A stretch of 64,000 nt of DNA from Ruminococcus sp. (GTDB lineage Bacteria; Bacillota; Clostridia; Oscillospirales; Ruminococcaceae). The translations under genes and the position numbers were made by a program. Below the pieces are notes generated by a model. The model was given only the letters and a program-made list of their open reading frames with translations, was not told the origin of the DNA and made no database searches. Below are positions 1 through 9,539 of the stretch, in pieces; the stretch's first letter is position 1, and each line of letters starts with the position of its first letter. The stretch is taken from the NCBI GenBank assembly GCA_015066745.1, contig SVNW01000009.1, forward strand, positions 844 through 64,843, given 5' to 3'.

Positions 1-736
1 TCGCAAAATCAACGTCACCGCAAAGTTTTCCGTCAGGGAGTCTGTTGATACCTACGTCTATAACTACTGCACCTTCCTTGACCATATCAGCTGTTACAAA
101 GTTTGGTCTGCCTACTGCTGCTACGAGAATATCAGCGTTACTGCATACTTCTTTAAGATTTGTTGTTTTTGAATGACATACTGTAACTGTACCGCTTCTA
201 TGGAGTAAAAGCATTGACATAGGCTTGCCTACGATGTTGCTTCTGCCGATAACAACACATGATTTACCTGAGATCTCTACACCTGTACTGTCGATAAGTT
301 CCATGATACCTGCAGGTGTGCACGGCAGGAATGCGTATTCACCTATCATTATCTTTCCTACATTGAATGGGTGAAATGCGTCAACGTCTTTATCGGGTGT
401 GATAGCGTTGATTATTGCATTTTCATCAATGTGTTTTGGTAATGGGAGCTGAACGAGTATACCGTTTACTTTTTCATCTTTGTTGAGTACATCAACCAGA
501 TCAAGAAGTTCCTGCTGTGTTGTTTCTTCGGGAAGTGCGTATTCGTATGAGTTGAAGCCTACTTCTTCGCAGGCTCTTTTCTTTGAGTTTACGTATACTC
601 TTGATGCAGGGTTATCGCCTACGATCACTACTGCAAGACCTACTTCTATTCCTTTTTCCTTGAGTTCGAGAGCTTTTTCTCTTACTTCGCCTTTTACTTT
701 GAGGGATACTGCTTTTCCGTCGATAATGTTTGCCAT
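1..736 (-). CDS. folD: Methylenetetrahydrofolate dehydrogenase/cyclohydrolase FolD (partial; C-terminus lies beyond the window edge)
   Basis: Absent from the ORF track because it runs off the edge. My reverse translation from the ATG at 736..734 reads MANIIDGKAVSLKVKGEVREKALELKEKGIEVGLAVVIVGDNPASRVYVNSKKRACEEVGF..., a typical FolD N-terminus. AAGGAGA RBS about 9 nt upstream. Confidence 0.85.
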   Translation of the reverse strand, partial: MANIIDGKAVSLKVKGEVREKALELKEKGIEVGLAVVIVGDNPASRVYVNSKKRACEEVGFNSYEYALPEETTQQELLDLVDVLNKDEKVNGILVQLPLPKHIDENAIINAITPDKDVDAFHPFNVGKIMIGEYAFLPCTPAGIMELIDSTGVEISGKSCVVIGRSNIVGKPMSMLLLHRSGTVTVCHSKTTNLKEVCSNADILVAAVGRPNFVTADMVKEGAVVIDVGINRLPDGKLCGDVDFA

Positions 737-765
737 GGTATTAATTCTCCTTGTAAATGATATTT

Positions 766-1104
766 TTACAGGGCTTTGCGGTCGCCCTGTGACCTTCGCT
801 GATGTAATTTTGTTTGGTTTTATAAGTGGCTCAGGTTTGTTTGCAGGGCTTTGCGGTCGCCCTGCACCTTCGCACTGATATACTTTGCTTTGGTTTTATA
901 AATGACTTAGGTTTGTTTGCAGGGCTTTGCGGTCGCCCTGCACCTTCGCGCTGATATACTTTGCTTTGGTTTTATAAATGACTTAGGTTTGTTTGCAGGG
1001 CTTTGCGGTCGCCCTGCACCTTCGCGCTGATATACTTTGCTTTGGTTTTATAAGTGGCTTAGGTTGGTTTGCAGGGCTTTGCGGTTGCCTTGCACCTTCG
1101 CGCT
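766..1104. repeat. Tandem array, about 4.4 copies of a 76-bp unit, each with the GC-rich hairpin GCAGGGC-N9-GCCCTGC
   Basis: The core CAGGGCTTTGCGGTCGCCCTG starts at 769, 844, 920, 996 and 1072 (period 75-76). The whole unit is conserved, including the AT-rich part. The array abuts the lgt stop codon. Confidence 0.9.
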
Positions 1105-2077
1105 ACTTCTTTTTGGTAGTTAGTGATGCTTCGGTTTCTTCCATTAGTTCTTTGGATTCTTCTGTGTTTACATAAAGGGTGTAATCTTCGCCCATGCGTT
1201 TTACTTTTGAACCTATTACGAGAAGAAGTATAAGTGCTGTTATGGAGGAAACTATTGCGAGGAGTTGTGAAACTCTGATATTTCCGAACATAAGGCTGTC
1301 TGTTCTAAGACCTTCTATTACGCTTCTGCCTATGCCGTACCATAAAACGTATGTCAGAAATATCTGACCGTCAAATTTTCTGTGTTTTGAAATGATAAAC
1401 AGTACAACAAATCCAAGCAGACACCAGATGGATTCATATAAGAAGCATGGGTGAACGGGTTTGTCGGCTGTCATTTCTATGATGTCTGAAGAAGATGATA
1501 TTGAGCTGTTATGTTGTATGATCCAGTTCTGAATTCTTCCGCTTGTCATACCCCAGGGGAGATCTGTATTGTAACCAAATGCTTCGTGATTAAAAAAGTT
1601 TCCCCATCGGCCTATTCCCTGACCTATAAGGAATCCCATGCCTGCAAGGTCAAGAAGAGGGAGCATTTTTACTTTTTTTATTTTTGCCACGACAGCACCG
1701 ACCAGAATTGCACCTATTATACCGCCGTATATCGCAAGACCGCCGTTTCGTATCATAAAGACTGATTTTATATCATCGGCATATTCTTCCCAGTTCATAA
1801 GTACAAAATAAGTTCTTGCACCTACTACACCGCCTATTATACCGCCTATTATGACATCGAACACTCTATCAGGGTGCAGACCGTATTTTTTCATCTGTGT
1901 GTTGCAGAAAATTATGGCCAGAAGCATTCCTGTAGCTATTATCACACCATACCATGCGACAGAGATACCAAAAACAGAAAATGCTTCACTTTTTACCGTA
2001 AGTTTATCTATCCCCAGTCCCGGAAAGGCTATTTCATTTTCGCCAAGATTAAGACTTGTCATAAAACTTTCCTCCAA
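1103..2077 (-). CDS. lgt: Prolipoprotein diacylglyceryl transferase
   Basis: 324-aa polytopic membrane protein with the GRWGNFFNHEAFG signature typical of Lgt. Confidence 0.9.
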   Translation of the reverse strand: MEESFMTSLNLGENEIAFPGLGIDKLTVKSEAFSVFGISVAWYGVIIATGMLLAIIFCNTQMKKYGLHPDRVFDVIIGGIIGGVVGARTYFVLMNWEEYADDIKSVFMIRNGGLAIYGGIIGAILVGAVVAKIKKVKMLPLLDLAGMGFLIGQGIGRWGNFFNHEAFGYNTDLPWGMTSGRIQNWIIQHNSSISSSSDIIEMTADKPVHPCFLYESIWCLLGFVVLFIISKHRKFDGQIFLTYVLWYGIGRSVIEGLRTDSLMFGNIRVSQLLAIVSSITALILLLVIGSKVKRMGEDYTLYVNTEESKELMEETEASLTTKKK

Positions 2078-2079
2078 AA

Positions 2080-3366
2080 CTACTTTTCAACTATCGAAAT
2101 AACGGATTTTTCTGAATCAAAACGTTCGATTATACACTTCATAACATCTTCGTATGTCATTTCTTTAAGTATCTTCATCGAATCAAATGGTGATACTCCT
2201 GCAAAATAAGTATTCAATATAACGGAACCTATTGATGTTACTCCGTTAAATTCCCTTATTACAGCACCATACATACTCTTTTTAACGTTTTCAAATATCT
2301 TTCTGTCTATGCCTTCAACCTTTACTCGTTCTACTTCTTCACATATACGTCTGTAGACCTCTCGTGAATGTTCGGATTCGCCACTGAACATGACTGAGAA
2401 AAATCCGTCTCCGCAAAATACTTCAGATGAAAATGTGGTATTTATAAGACCTTCTTCTGTCATACTTTTGTAGAGAACTGTTGAGGGATAAATAAGCGCA
2501 GTAGATGCTACAGTAGCTTCAAGCTCAGCCTTGTATCCGCTGTAACCACTGCCCGGTTCAGATTTGAAACCGATATTGAAAATCGGTATTCCGACAGACA
2601 TTTTGCTTACCATTTCCTTTTGAAAAACTGTATCAGTTTCTTTCGGGAAAACTGTTTCCAGTCCGTTATCTTCACATATTTTGAGTTTTTCATCGGCTAT
2701 TTTAAGAACTTCATCAGCTTTTACATTTCCGGCAATTATCAGAACCATGTTATTAAGATTGTAAAATGTGTTGTAGCACTTATAAAGAAGTTCTGCGTTT
2801 ATCTTTGCAATACTTTCTATTGTTCCTGCTATATTTATACGTACAGGGTGGTTGTGATACAAACATTTGAGAGTATTAAAAAATACTACATTATCGGGAT
2901 TGTCATCACACATATTTATTTCCTGTGCGATTATTCCCTGTTCTTTATCAACAGTTTCCTGTGTAAAATACGGTGACTGTACAAATTCGAGAAGTATTCT
3001 GAGAGACTCTTCATAATTTTCACTGCAATTAAATATATAACACGTTCTGTCAAATGACGTATATGCATTTGCAGAAGCCCCCGTCTTTGCATAAAGTTCA
3101 AAGACATCATTGTCTTCATTTTCAAAAAGTTTATGTTCAAGGAAATGAGCGATTCCTTCAGGAACGGTTGTATACTCTTTATCTGCCTTAGTTTTAAAAC
3201 AGGTATTTACAGAACCGTATTTTGTTCCAAAAAGTGCGTCAACTGTAGAATAGCCTTCCATCTCGCATACAAATATATCAAGACCGCTCTTGTGTTTTAC
3301 ATATATGCACTCATTTTTTGTAAGTTCATCTTTTATTATCTGTCTATTCTCCATCTTCCTGACCAC
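2080..3366 (-). CDS. M16 (pitrilysin/insulinase) family zinc peptidase, active-type subunit
   Basis: 428 aa. HFLEH (HxxEH inverted zinc motif) near the N-terminus. Paired with an upstream M16 paralog. Confidence 0.8.
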   Translation of the reverse strand: MVRKMENRQIIKDELTKNECIYVKHKSGLDIFVCEMEGYSTVDALFGTKYGSVNTCFKTKADKEYTTVPEGIAHFLEHKLFENEDNDVFELYAKTGASANAYTSFDRTCYIFNCSENYEESLRILLEFVQSPYFTQETVDKEQGIIAQEINMCDDNPDNVVFFNTLKCLYHNHPVRINIAGTIESIAKINAELLYKCYNTFYNLNNMVLIIAGNVKADEVLKIADEKLKICEDNGLETVFPKETDTVFQKEMVSKMSVGIPIFNIGFKSEPGSGYSGYKAELEATVASTALIYPSTVLYKSMTEEGLINTTFSSEVFCGDGFFSVMFSGESEHSREVYRRICEEVERVKVEGIDRKIFENVKKSMYGAVIREFNGVTSIGSVILNTYFAGVSPFDSMKILKEMTYEDVMKCIIERFDSEKSVISIVEK

Positions 3367-4648
3367 CTTCCATATTTGTTCTGTCAGCTTTCAGTGTATA
3401 TACCGTATCAAGAACAAGAGTATTTGCTACTTCTATGATCTGTTCACGTGTTACGTTCATTATCTTTTCCATACCTTCTTCAAGAGATATTATCTCACCT
3501 GAACAATATCCTGAAAAATACCACGAAGCAAGCGAACCGGGGAAGTCAGAACGTGAACGCATATTATTTACGATAAACAGCTTTGTGTTATAAAATTCTT
3601 CATCAGTAAATTCGCCTTTTCTGATAGCTTCGATCTGTTCATCTACTGCTTTTACAAGTTTTTCGCAGTTATCATTTTCAACACCGCTGACTATATATAC
3701 CGTACCTTTACTCTGTATATAACTGCTTGAACAATAATAACAAAGGCTTTGTTTTTCACGTACATTTACAAAAAGTTTTGAAAAAGCTGTTCCGCCTAAG
3801 ATACGACTGAAAAGTCCGCAGGCATCAACATTTTCATGATGTGTCTTATACGCCATTACAACCTGCGCCTGCAACATTTCACATGATTCTTCCTTGTAAA
3901 GCACTTCAGGTTTTATAGGACTTGGTGTTCTCATGATTCCTTCAACCGGTTCTCTCTCTACCTGAGAAAAAGCCTTTTTAAATCTTTCCTTTACCGGAAA
4001 TTCACCTGTAGGTGAAACATAATAAATCTCAACGTGTGAGGTCTTTATAAGCTTTTTATAAGCTTCATAAACTTCCTCCGACTTTATATTTTCAGCTGTT
4101 TCTATATCACCATAATGCGAAAATGCTGACGGTTCACCGACAAATATAGACTTACATGCCTGATTAAAAGCATAGTAACGCTTATTGTTCATCTCTGAGT
4201 TTATAATATCAATAAGCTCTTTTTTTCTGAGTCTGAACTCATCTTCATCAAATTTTCCGTCAGATACATTAGGGGAAAACAGACAATCTTCAAGTATATC
4301 AAGCAACTGTCCGAGTATATCATCATTATCAAGTGCAAACCTGTTATCTATACAACCTATTGTAAATTCAACTATCTGCGAATCTCCATATGTTACTATA
4401 CCACTGCGAAGCGTTGAATCATAAAGTGCATTAAGCACATCTGACATTTCAAAATTTGTTTTTATCCTGCTGTTTGTGGAACTAAGCAACATGGACGCAA
4501 ATGTATTTAGCGGAGCTTCCTTTTCTGAAAGCTTTGTAACAAACATTACCTTTACAACATTGGTCTTAAACTTTTTATCTATTATTTCTGTAAAAGATAC
4601 TCCATCAAGTATTTCTTCACGTTTAACCGATATCTGCATAAACACCAT
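3344..4648 (-). CDS. M16 family peptidase-like protein lacking the HxxEH motif (probable non-catalytic partner)
   Basis: 434 aa. M16-like length and organisation but no HxxEH. Overlaps the downstream M16 gene by 23 nt, suggesting translational coupling. Confidence 0.7.
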   Translation of the reverse strand: MVFMQISVKREEILDGVSFTEIIDKKFKTNVVKVMFVTKLSEKEAPLNTFASMLLSSTNSRIKTNFEMSDVLNALYDSTLRSGIVTYGDSQIVEFTIGCIDNRFALDNDDILGQLLDILEDCLFSPNVSDGKFDEDEFRLRKKELIDIINSEMNNKRYYAFNQACKSIFVGEPSAFSHYGDIETAENIKSEEVYEAYKKLIKTSHVEIYYVSPTGEFPVKERFKKAFSQVEREPVEGIMRTPSPIKPEVLYKEESCEMLQAQVVMAYKTHHENVDACGLFSRILGGTAFSKLFVNVREKQSLCYYCSSSYIQSKGTVYIVSGVENDNCEKLVKAVDEQIEAIRKGEFTDEEFYNTKLFIVNNMRSRSDFPGSLASWYFSGYCSGEIISLEEGMEKIMNVTREQIIEVANTLVLDTVYTLKADRTNMEGGQEDGE

Positions 4649-4723
4649 CCTTTTTTTATTATCACTTTTCTATTATACCACACATCATTACAAATATCTA
4701 GTGGGTAACAGTGAAAGTTATTT

Positions 4724-4768
4724 ACTAAAAAAATAATAAAGAGCCAATTTTACATGACTCTTTATTAT
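4724..4768 (-). terminator. Intrinsic terminator downstream of the EAL gene
   Basis: ATAATAAAGAG / CTCTTTATTAT stem followed by a T-run on the minus strand. Confidence 0.55.
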
Positions 4769-4778
4769 CTATAATTCT

Positions 4779-7202
4779 TTAATTTTCTTCTGTCGGTTCT
4801 TCAGTAGGTTTCTCTACACCAAATGCATATTTTTCAAAATCTTCAAGACAAAGAGGTCGTGAAAAACAATAACCTTGTATTATCTTACTTCCTGTATCCT
4901 TGAGTGCTTCTTTCTGCCACTCATTTTCAACACCCTCTATTACTATCTTTTTCTTGAGATCTTTGAGGAATGATACAACACCTCTTACAAATTCCTTATT
5001 TTCAGGAACATCGATGTGATCTATGAGTGCCTTATCTATTTTTATTACATCAAAAGGCAATGTCTGAAGTGCAAGCATAGACGAATAACCTGAAGCAAAG
5101 TCGTCCATAAGTACTTTGAAACCTTTTTCTCTGAGCCTGTCAATAACTTCTCTGAGCCTGTTTTCATTATCTTCAAGCAAAGCACTTTCAGTTATTTCTA
5201 TCTCAAGCAGACTCGGTGCGATATCATATCTCTTAACAAGCATATCAAAATAATCCACAACACCCGAATGAAAAATATTTACTCGTGATACATTGACTGA
5301 GATCGGTATCATATCATAACCTTTGTCCTTCCATTTTCTCAGGATACGACAGGATTCTTCCCAGACAAAACGATCAAGGTTTACTATAAATCCATTCTTT
5401 TCAAAAATCGGAATAAACTTTCCTGGTGATATAACTTCATTTGTATCAGGATTTTTCCATCTTACAAGAGATTCTGCACCTACAACCTCACCTGTATCTA
5501 TGTTACACTTAGGCTGAAGCATGATAAAGAAGTGACCGCTGTCAAGAGCTATCTGTTTATGACTCTCAACAAATTTTTGTGTCTTATGGTTCTCATCAAA
5601 CTTTTCGTTGTATATTGCATAAGTAACAAGCATATTGCCCTTTACAGTTTTAAGTGCAATACCGGCATGGTCGCAAACTATGCTTATATCATCATTTGCA
5701 TCTTTTATATCGCATATTCCGAAATGTGCAACTATCTGCAGTCTCTGCTCACAACTCTTTATAAGACCCGATGCTTTCAGCACTCTGGTGATAAGTACAT
5801 CTATCTCTGTATACGGTACATAGACAACAAATATATCATTTCCGAGATAACCAAATATCGCAGTTTCATCAAATGACATTTTCAATATTTTTGCAACCTT
5901 TATAAGTATCTCATCGCCGACACTCCAGTCATAGATATCATTTATAAAGCTGAAATTGTCAATATCTACACGTATGATAGCGTGACTGCTTTTCTTATCC
6001 TTTGAAACTGCTCTTTTTACCTTATTTGCAAATGCAGAACCATTATAATAATCCGTCTTCATATCATGTTCTGCCTGATATCTTAACTTTCTGATGATAC
6101 CATTTATATCGTCAACAAGCATTCCGATTTCATCATTTGATGTAATCTCAAGTTCTTTTGCATAATCGCCTTTGGAAATATTCGAAATACTGTTACGAAT
6201 GTCATTTATATGGTCTACCATCTTTTTAGTGAACATTCTTATACAGAAAACTATTATCAGTATGCTGATAATAGAGATACCAACTATCAGTATCGCAGTT
6301 ATATAATACTGTGTAAAAATCTCTTTTACCGGAACTACATACAATAAAACTGTATTGCCAAGGATATCGATCTGCTTTGTATGAATTATATAATCTTCAC
6401 CATTAAAAGTGGTTTTTGAATCATCTACATCATTACCTTTTACTGCATTTTCATGTTTCATTTTTAAAACTTCAAATGTTTTTTCATTATATCCTCTGTT
6501 ATGATGTATTATTTCTCCGTCCTGCGAAATAAGCGCCCATACCTGCTCCTTAAAATTAGTTGCAAGATTGAAAACCCCCAGTACATAGTTGTCATCAAGC
6601 CCCAATACTATCTGACCTACTATGTCATTACCATAAACTATAGGAACAATATATGTAAACATATGTTTTTCTTTATTTTCTTCTTCTGACATAGGAGAAG
6701 CAATAAAGTACGGATCTTTTCTGCCTGATTTGCTTTCATCATACCAGTAAACATTTTTATCAAATTCAACTACTCCGCGTTTTCCGGCGTATATATTATC
6801 ATCTATACTAAGAATATGTACATCTGAAAAGCAGTTAAGAACATACGATATTTCAAGAACAGCATCACACAAGACTTCTTTTCTGTCGTCTTCTGATAAA
6901 CTTTCATCTGTGATAATCTCTGCAAGCTCGGATCTTCTCTTGAATATATTGGCTTTTCTCATTTCATTATCAATATTTGTATTTGCTGTAATAACTTTTC
7001 CTTCAGCCTGACTTTTCATAGACATCTTCAAAGCTTTACACGAAATATCAGTAGTTATAGATATACTTATAAAACATAAGACTGCCATAAGTATTGCAGA
7101 AGGTATCACACACAAAACAGTGAACTTATTCCCTATCTTTTTCACTTTTGCGTTTTTTTTCTTTTTATTTTTATCTTTGTTTTCCACCTCTACACGCCCC
7201 AT
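4779..7202 (-). CDS. Membrane sensor protein with HAMP, degenerate GGDEF and EAL domains (probable c-di-GMP phosphodiesterase)
   Basis: 807 aa with two TM segments around a large extracytoplasmic domain. The GGDEF position reads LGNDIF (degenerate). EAL-domain signatures ESLVRW, DDFASGYSS, EGVE and QGYCFSRP are present. Confidence 0.8.
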   Translation of the reverse strand: MGRVEVENKDKNKKKKNAKVKKIGNKFTVLCVIPSAILMAVLCFISISITTDISCKALKMSMKSQAEGKVITANTNIDNEMRKANIFKRRSELAEIITDESLSEDDRKEVLCDAVLEISYVLNCFSDVHILSIDDNIYAGKRGVVEFDKNVYWYDESKSGRKDPYFIASPMSEEENKEKHMFTYIVPIVYGNDIVGQIVLGLDDNYVLGVFNLATNFKEQVWALISQDGEIIHHNRGYNEKTFEVLKMKHENAVKGNDVDDSKTTFNGEDYIIHTKQIDILGNTVLLYVVPVKEIFTQYYITAILIVGISIISILIIVFCIRMFTKKMVDHINDIRNSISNISKGDYAKELEITSNDEIGMLVDDINGIIRKLRYQAEHDMKTDYYNGSAFANKVKRAVSKDKKSSHAIIRVDIDNFSFINDIYDWSVGDEILIKVAKILKMSFDETAIFGYLGNDIFVVYVPYTEIDVLITRVLKASGLIKSCEQRLQIVAHFGICDIKDANDDISIVCDHAGIALKTVKGNMLVTYAIYNEKFDENHKTQKFVESHKQIALDSGHFFIMLQPKCNIDTGEVVGAESLVRWKNPDTNEVISPGKFIPIFEKNGFIVNLDRFVWEESCRILRKWKDKGYDMIPISVNVSRVNIFHSGVVDYFDMLVKRYDIAPSLLEIEITESALLEDNENRLREVIDRLREKGFKVLMDDFASGYSSMLALQTLPFDVIKIDKALIDHIDVPENKEFVRGVVSFLKDLKKKIVIEGVENEWQKEALKDTGSKIIQGYCFSRPLCLEDFEKYAFGVEKPTEEPTEEN

Positions 7203-7340
7203 CTATCATAAATTATTATGTTGTCGCCATTGTATTTTTCATATAAACTTATTATACCACTTTCTCCTTTACATTTCAAGTGTTTTAAACAATTTTATGC
7301 TTATATAATATGTTTTTTTGATTTTTTGCACAAACAAACT

Positions 7341-7379
7341 AAAAAAACAGGAGTAGTATTGAAATTCAACACTGCTCCT
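7341..7379 (-). terminator. Intrinsic terminator downstream of the solute-binding lipoprotein gene
   Basis: AGGAGCAGTGTTGAA / imperfect complement, followed by T7 on the minus strand. Confidence 0.55.
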
Positions 7380-7388
7380 AAGCTACTG

Positions 7389-9008
7389 TCAATCAAAATA
7401 TTTTGCATAACGAAAATCTATATGCTGTGCAAAAGCATCAAATATTATATCTTTTACATCATTTTTATAAGTGAGAAAATTATTTTTATAAAAAACAGGT
7501 ATATAGCTGACATCTGATATAATATCCGATTCAACTTCATTGTAAATATCGGAATATCCTGCTTCTGAAGAACTAAATGCAGAGTCAAGCATAGTATATA
7601 ACGTTTCTTTATTGGTTACGGATATTGTATCAACTACATTTTTCAGAAAATAATAAGGTGAATTGTCATCTGATGTAATCTCAACCAATGCCATGATATA
7701 ATCACCACTGTCGAGTCGTTCATAATAACTGTCACTGTCTGCATAGTCAATTCCTATATAAATTCCCGGATCATCCTGCCAGTGAGTAATAACCTGAGTC
7801 ATAAGACCATCATCATATTCGTTCTTCACGAGTATCTTTAACCCATCAGGATATAACGAATAAAGTTCATCAATATCACTTTCTGAAATCATATAATCCG
7901 AGCTTTCGGTTTCAAAAATATCACTAAAATCTCTTTTTGTAAAATTTTCATCCGAATAATTTACACTTTCAGGTACAATTCCATAAGCAACTTCAAAATT
8001 ATCAGTGACTATCTCCTGCAACATAGCTCTGTCAAGGTTTACAGCCATTGATTTTTTTATATTATCACTTATTCCGCATGATTCATTAAATATTATTCCG
8101 ACTGATCCGACCTGATATTTCTGAGTTTTATAGCCACCAAATGAAGATTTTTTCATTCTGTTTTCTGTTACTATACAGTCAGAATACTCTGATTCAAAAT
8201 TTTCAACAACTTCATTTTTATCTCGTTCAATAACAAAAGTTATCATATAAGGATATATTCTGTCATATGCTGTATTATCATAGTTTCTTTTCATATAGAT
8301 AAGATTATCATTTCCGTACGGGTCATATGACCACTGTGTCATATAAAAAGCTCCGTTTGATATTACAGATTCATCATCAAGTCCGTATCTTGCTTTTGTA
8401 CCTTCAAAAAACTGTTTGTTGCACGGCATCGCAGGTGCTGTTGTAAGCAGATATAAAAATTCGGTACAGGGTCTGTCAAGTTCAAACACAAGTTCTGTAT
8501 TGTTTATAGCATAAACTCCAAGCTGAGAATAATCTGTTACACCATCAATTATAGACCTGGCATTTTTAATAAAACTGAATTTTTCTTTATACGGAGATTG
8601 AGTAACAGGATTGTATATCCTCTTAAAAGCATACACAAAGTCATGAGCCGTTACTATTCCCTCTGTCCCGTCTTCACTATACCAGTGACAATCATCACGA
8701 AGTACAAAACTATATTTCAGACCATCATCGGAGATATCATACGAAACAGCAACATTACCTGCAAGATTTCCCTCATTGTCATATCTCATAAGCCCTGAAA
8801 ACATATTTTTTATGATCATAAGCGAAGATTTGTCAGTGGCAAGCTGAGGATCGAGATTTTGGGGATTTCCATGCAATGTATATGTAAAAGAATATCCTGC
8901 TCCGTCTTTTTCCTCATCATTATTACAACTGATACAAGAAAATATCAGACTTAATATCAAAAGAATCAATAAACTTTTTTTACTTTTTTCTTTGCCAATC
9001 TTTTTCAC
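7389..9008 (-). CDS. Family-5 (peptide/oligosaccharide type) ABC substrate-binding lipoprotein, orphan
   Basis: 539 aa. Lipobox LIFSCISC. Length and composition fit SBP family 5. No cognate permease or ATPase genes adjacent. Confidence 0.65.
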   Translation of the reverse strand: MKKIGKEKSKKSLLILLILSLIFSCISCNNDEEKDGAGYSFTYTLHGNPQNLDPQLATDKSSLMIIKNMFSGLMRYDNEGNLAGNVAVSYDISDDGLKYSFVLRDDCHWYSEDGTEGIVTAHDFVYAFKRIYNPVTQSPYKEKFSFIKNARSIIDGVTDYSQLGVYAINNTELVFELDRPCTEFLYLLTTAPAMPCNKQFFEGTKARYGLDDESVISNGAFYMTQWSYDPYGNDNLIYMKRNYDNTAYDRIYPYMITFVIERDKNEVVENFESEYSDCIVTENRMKKSSFGGYKTQKYQVGSVGIIFNESCGISDNIKKSMAVNLDRAMLQEIVTDNFEVAYGIVPESVNYSDENFTKRDFSDIFETESSDYMISESDIDELYSLYPDGLKILVKNEYDDGLMTQVITHWQDDPGIYIGIDYADSDSYYERLDSGDYIMALVEITSDDNSPYYFLKNVVDTISVTNKETLYTMLDSAFSSSEAGYSDIYNEVESDIISDVSYIPVFYKNNFLTYKNDVKDIIFDAFAQHIDFRYAKYFD

Positions 9009-9024
9009 GCTGATCCTTTCTTAA

Positions 9025-9537
9025 CTAAAAATATTCCTCATTCCAACTAACTGCTTTATGCAGTTTCAGACTTTTTTTGCAATCTATCAGTCTCTGATTT
9101 GCACTGCCTCTGAACGCTTCATCAAGCGTCCGCTGTTCAAGTACAAATCTGCCGTCTATCAGTATATCTGTCAAAGAAAGAAGTTTCTTTATAAAAACAT
9201 CATTCTCCGCTTTATCTAAGATCTGCTCAAATGTATATCCGGTATATGTTACAATATCAAGCCCCGCATCAACGGCAGCCTGTGCTATCTCGCAAAGTTG
9301 CTGAGGTTGGCAGAAAGGCTCACCGCCACTGAAAGTAACACCGTCAAGCAAAGGATTTTTTTTAAATTCATCTATAAGCTCTTCTGTATCTACTTTCTTA
9401 CCACCGTTAATATCATGTGTCTGTGGATTGTGACATCCCTTACACTTGTGCGGACAGCCTTGTGTAAATATTACATAACGCAGACCCGGACCGTCTACTA
9501 TTGAGTCATTTACAGTTCCCGAAATACGTATATCCAT
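9025..9537 (-). CDS. nrdG: Anaerobic ribonucleoside-triphosphate reductase activating protein
   Basis: 170 aa. Radical-SAM cluster CPHKCKGCHNP. Immediately downstream of nrdD. Confidence 0.9.
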   Translation of the reverse strand: MDIRISGTVNDSIVDGPGLRYVIFTQGCPHKCKGCHNPQTHDINGGKKVDTEELIDEFKKNPLLDGVTFSGGEPFCQPQQLCEIAQAAVDAGLDIVTYTGYTFEQILDKAENDVFIKKLLSLTDILIDGRFVLEQRTLDEAFRGSANQRLIDCKKSLKLHKAVSWNEEYF

Positions 9538-9539
9538 AT

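Noticed and set aside
766-1104. Regularly spaced 76-bp repeats looked superficially like a CRISPR array or, given the 76-nt period, a tRNA array.
   Set aside because: The sequences between the hairpin cores are themselves conserved from unit to unit, so there are no unique spacers. No cas genes are nearby. The units have no cloverleaf or T-loop/D-loop signatures.
480-1175. ORF-track ORFs 480..878(+) and 993..1175(+) with the repeated FAGLCGRPAPS peptide.
   Set aside because: The first is antisense to folD. Both are simply translations of the 76-bp tandem repeat. Neither has an RBS.
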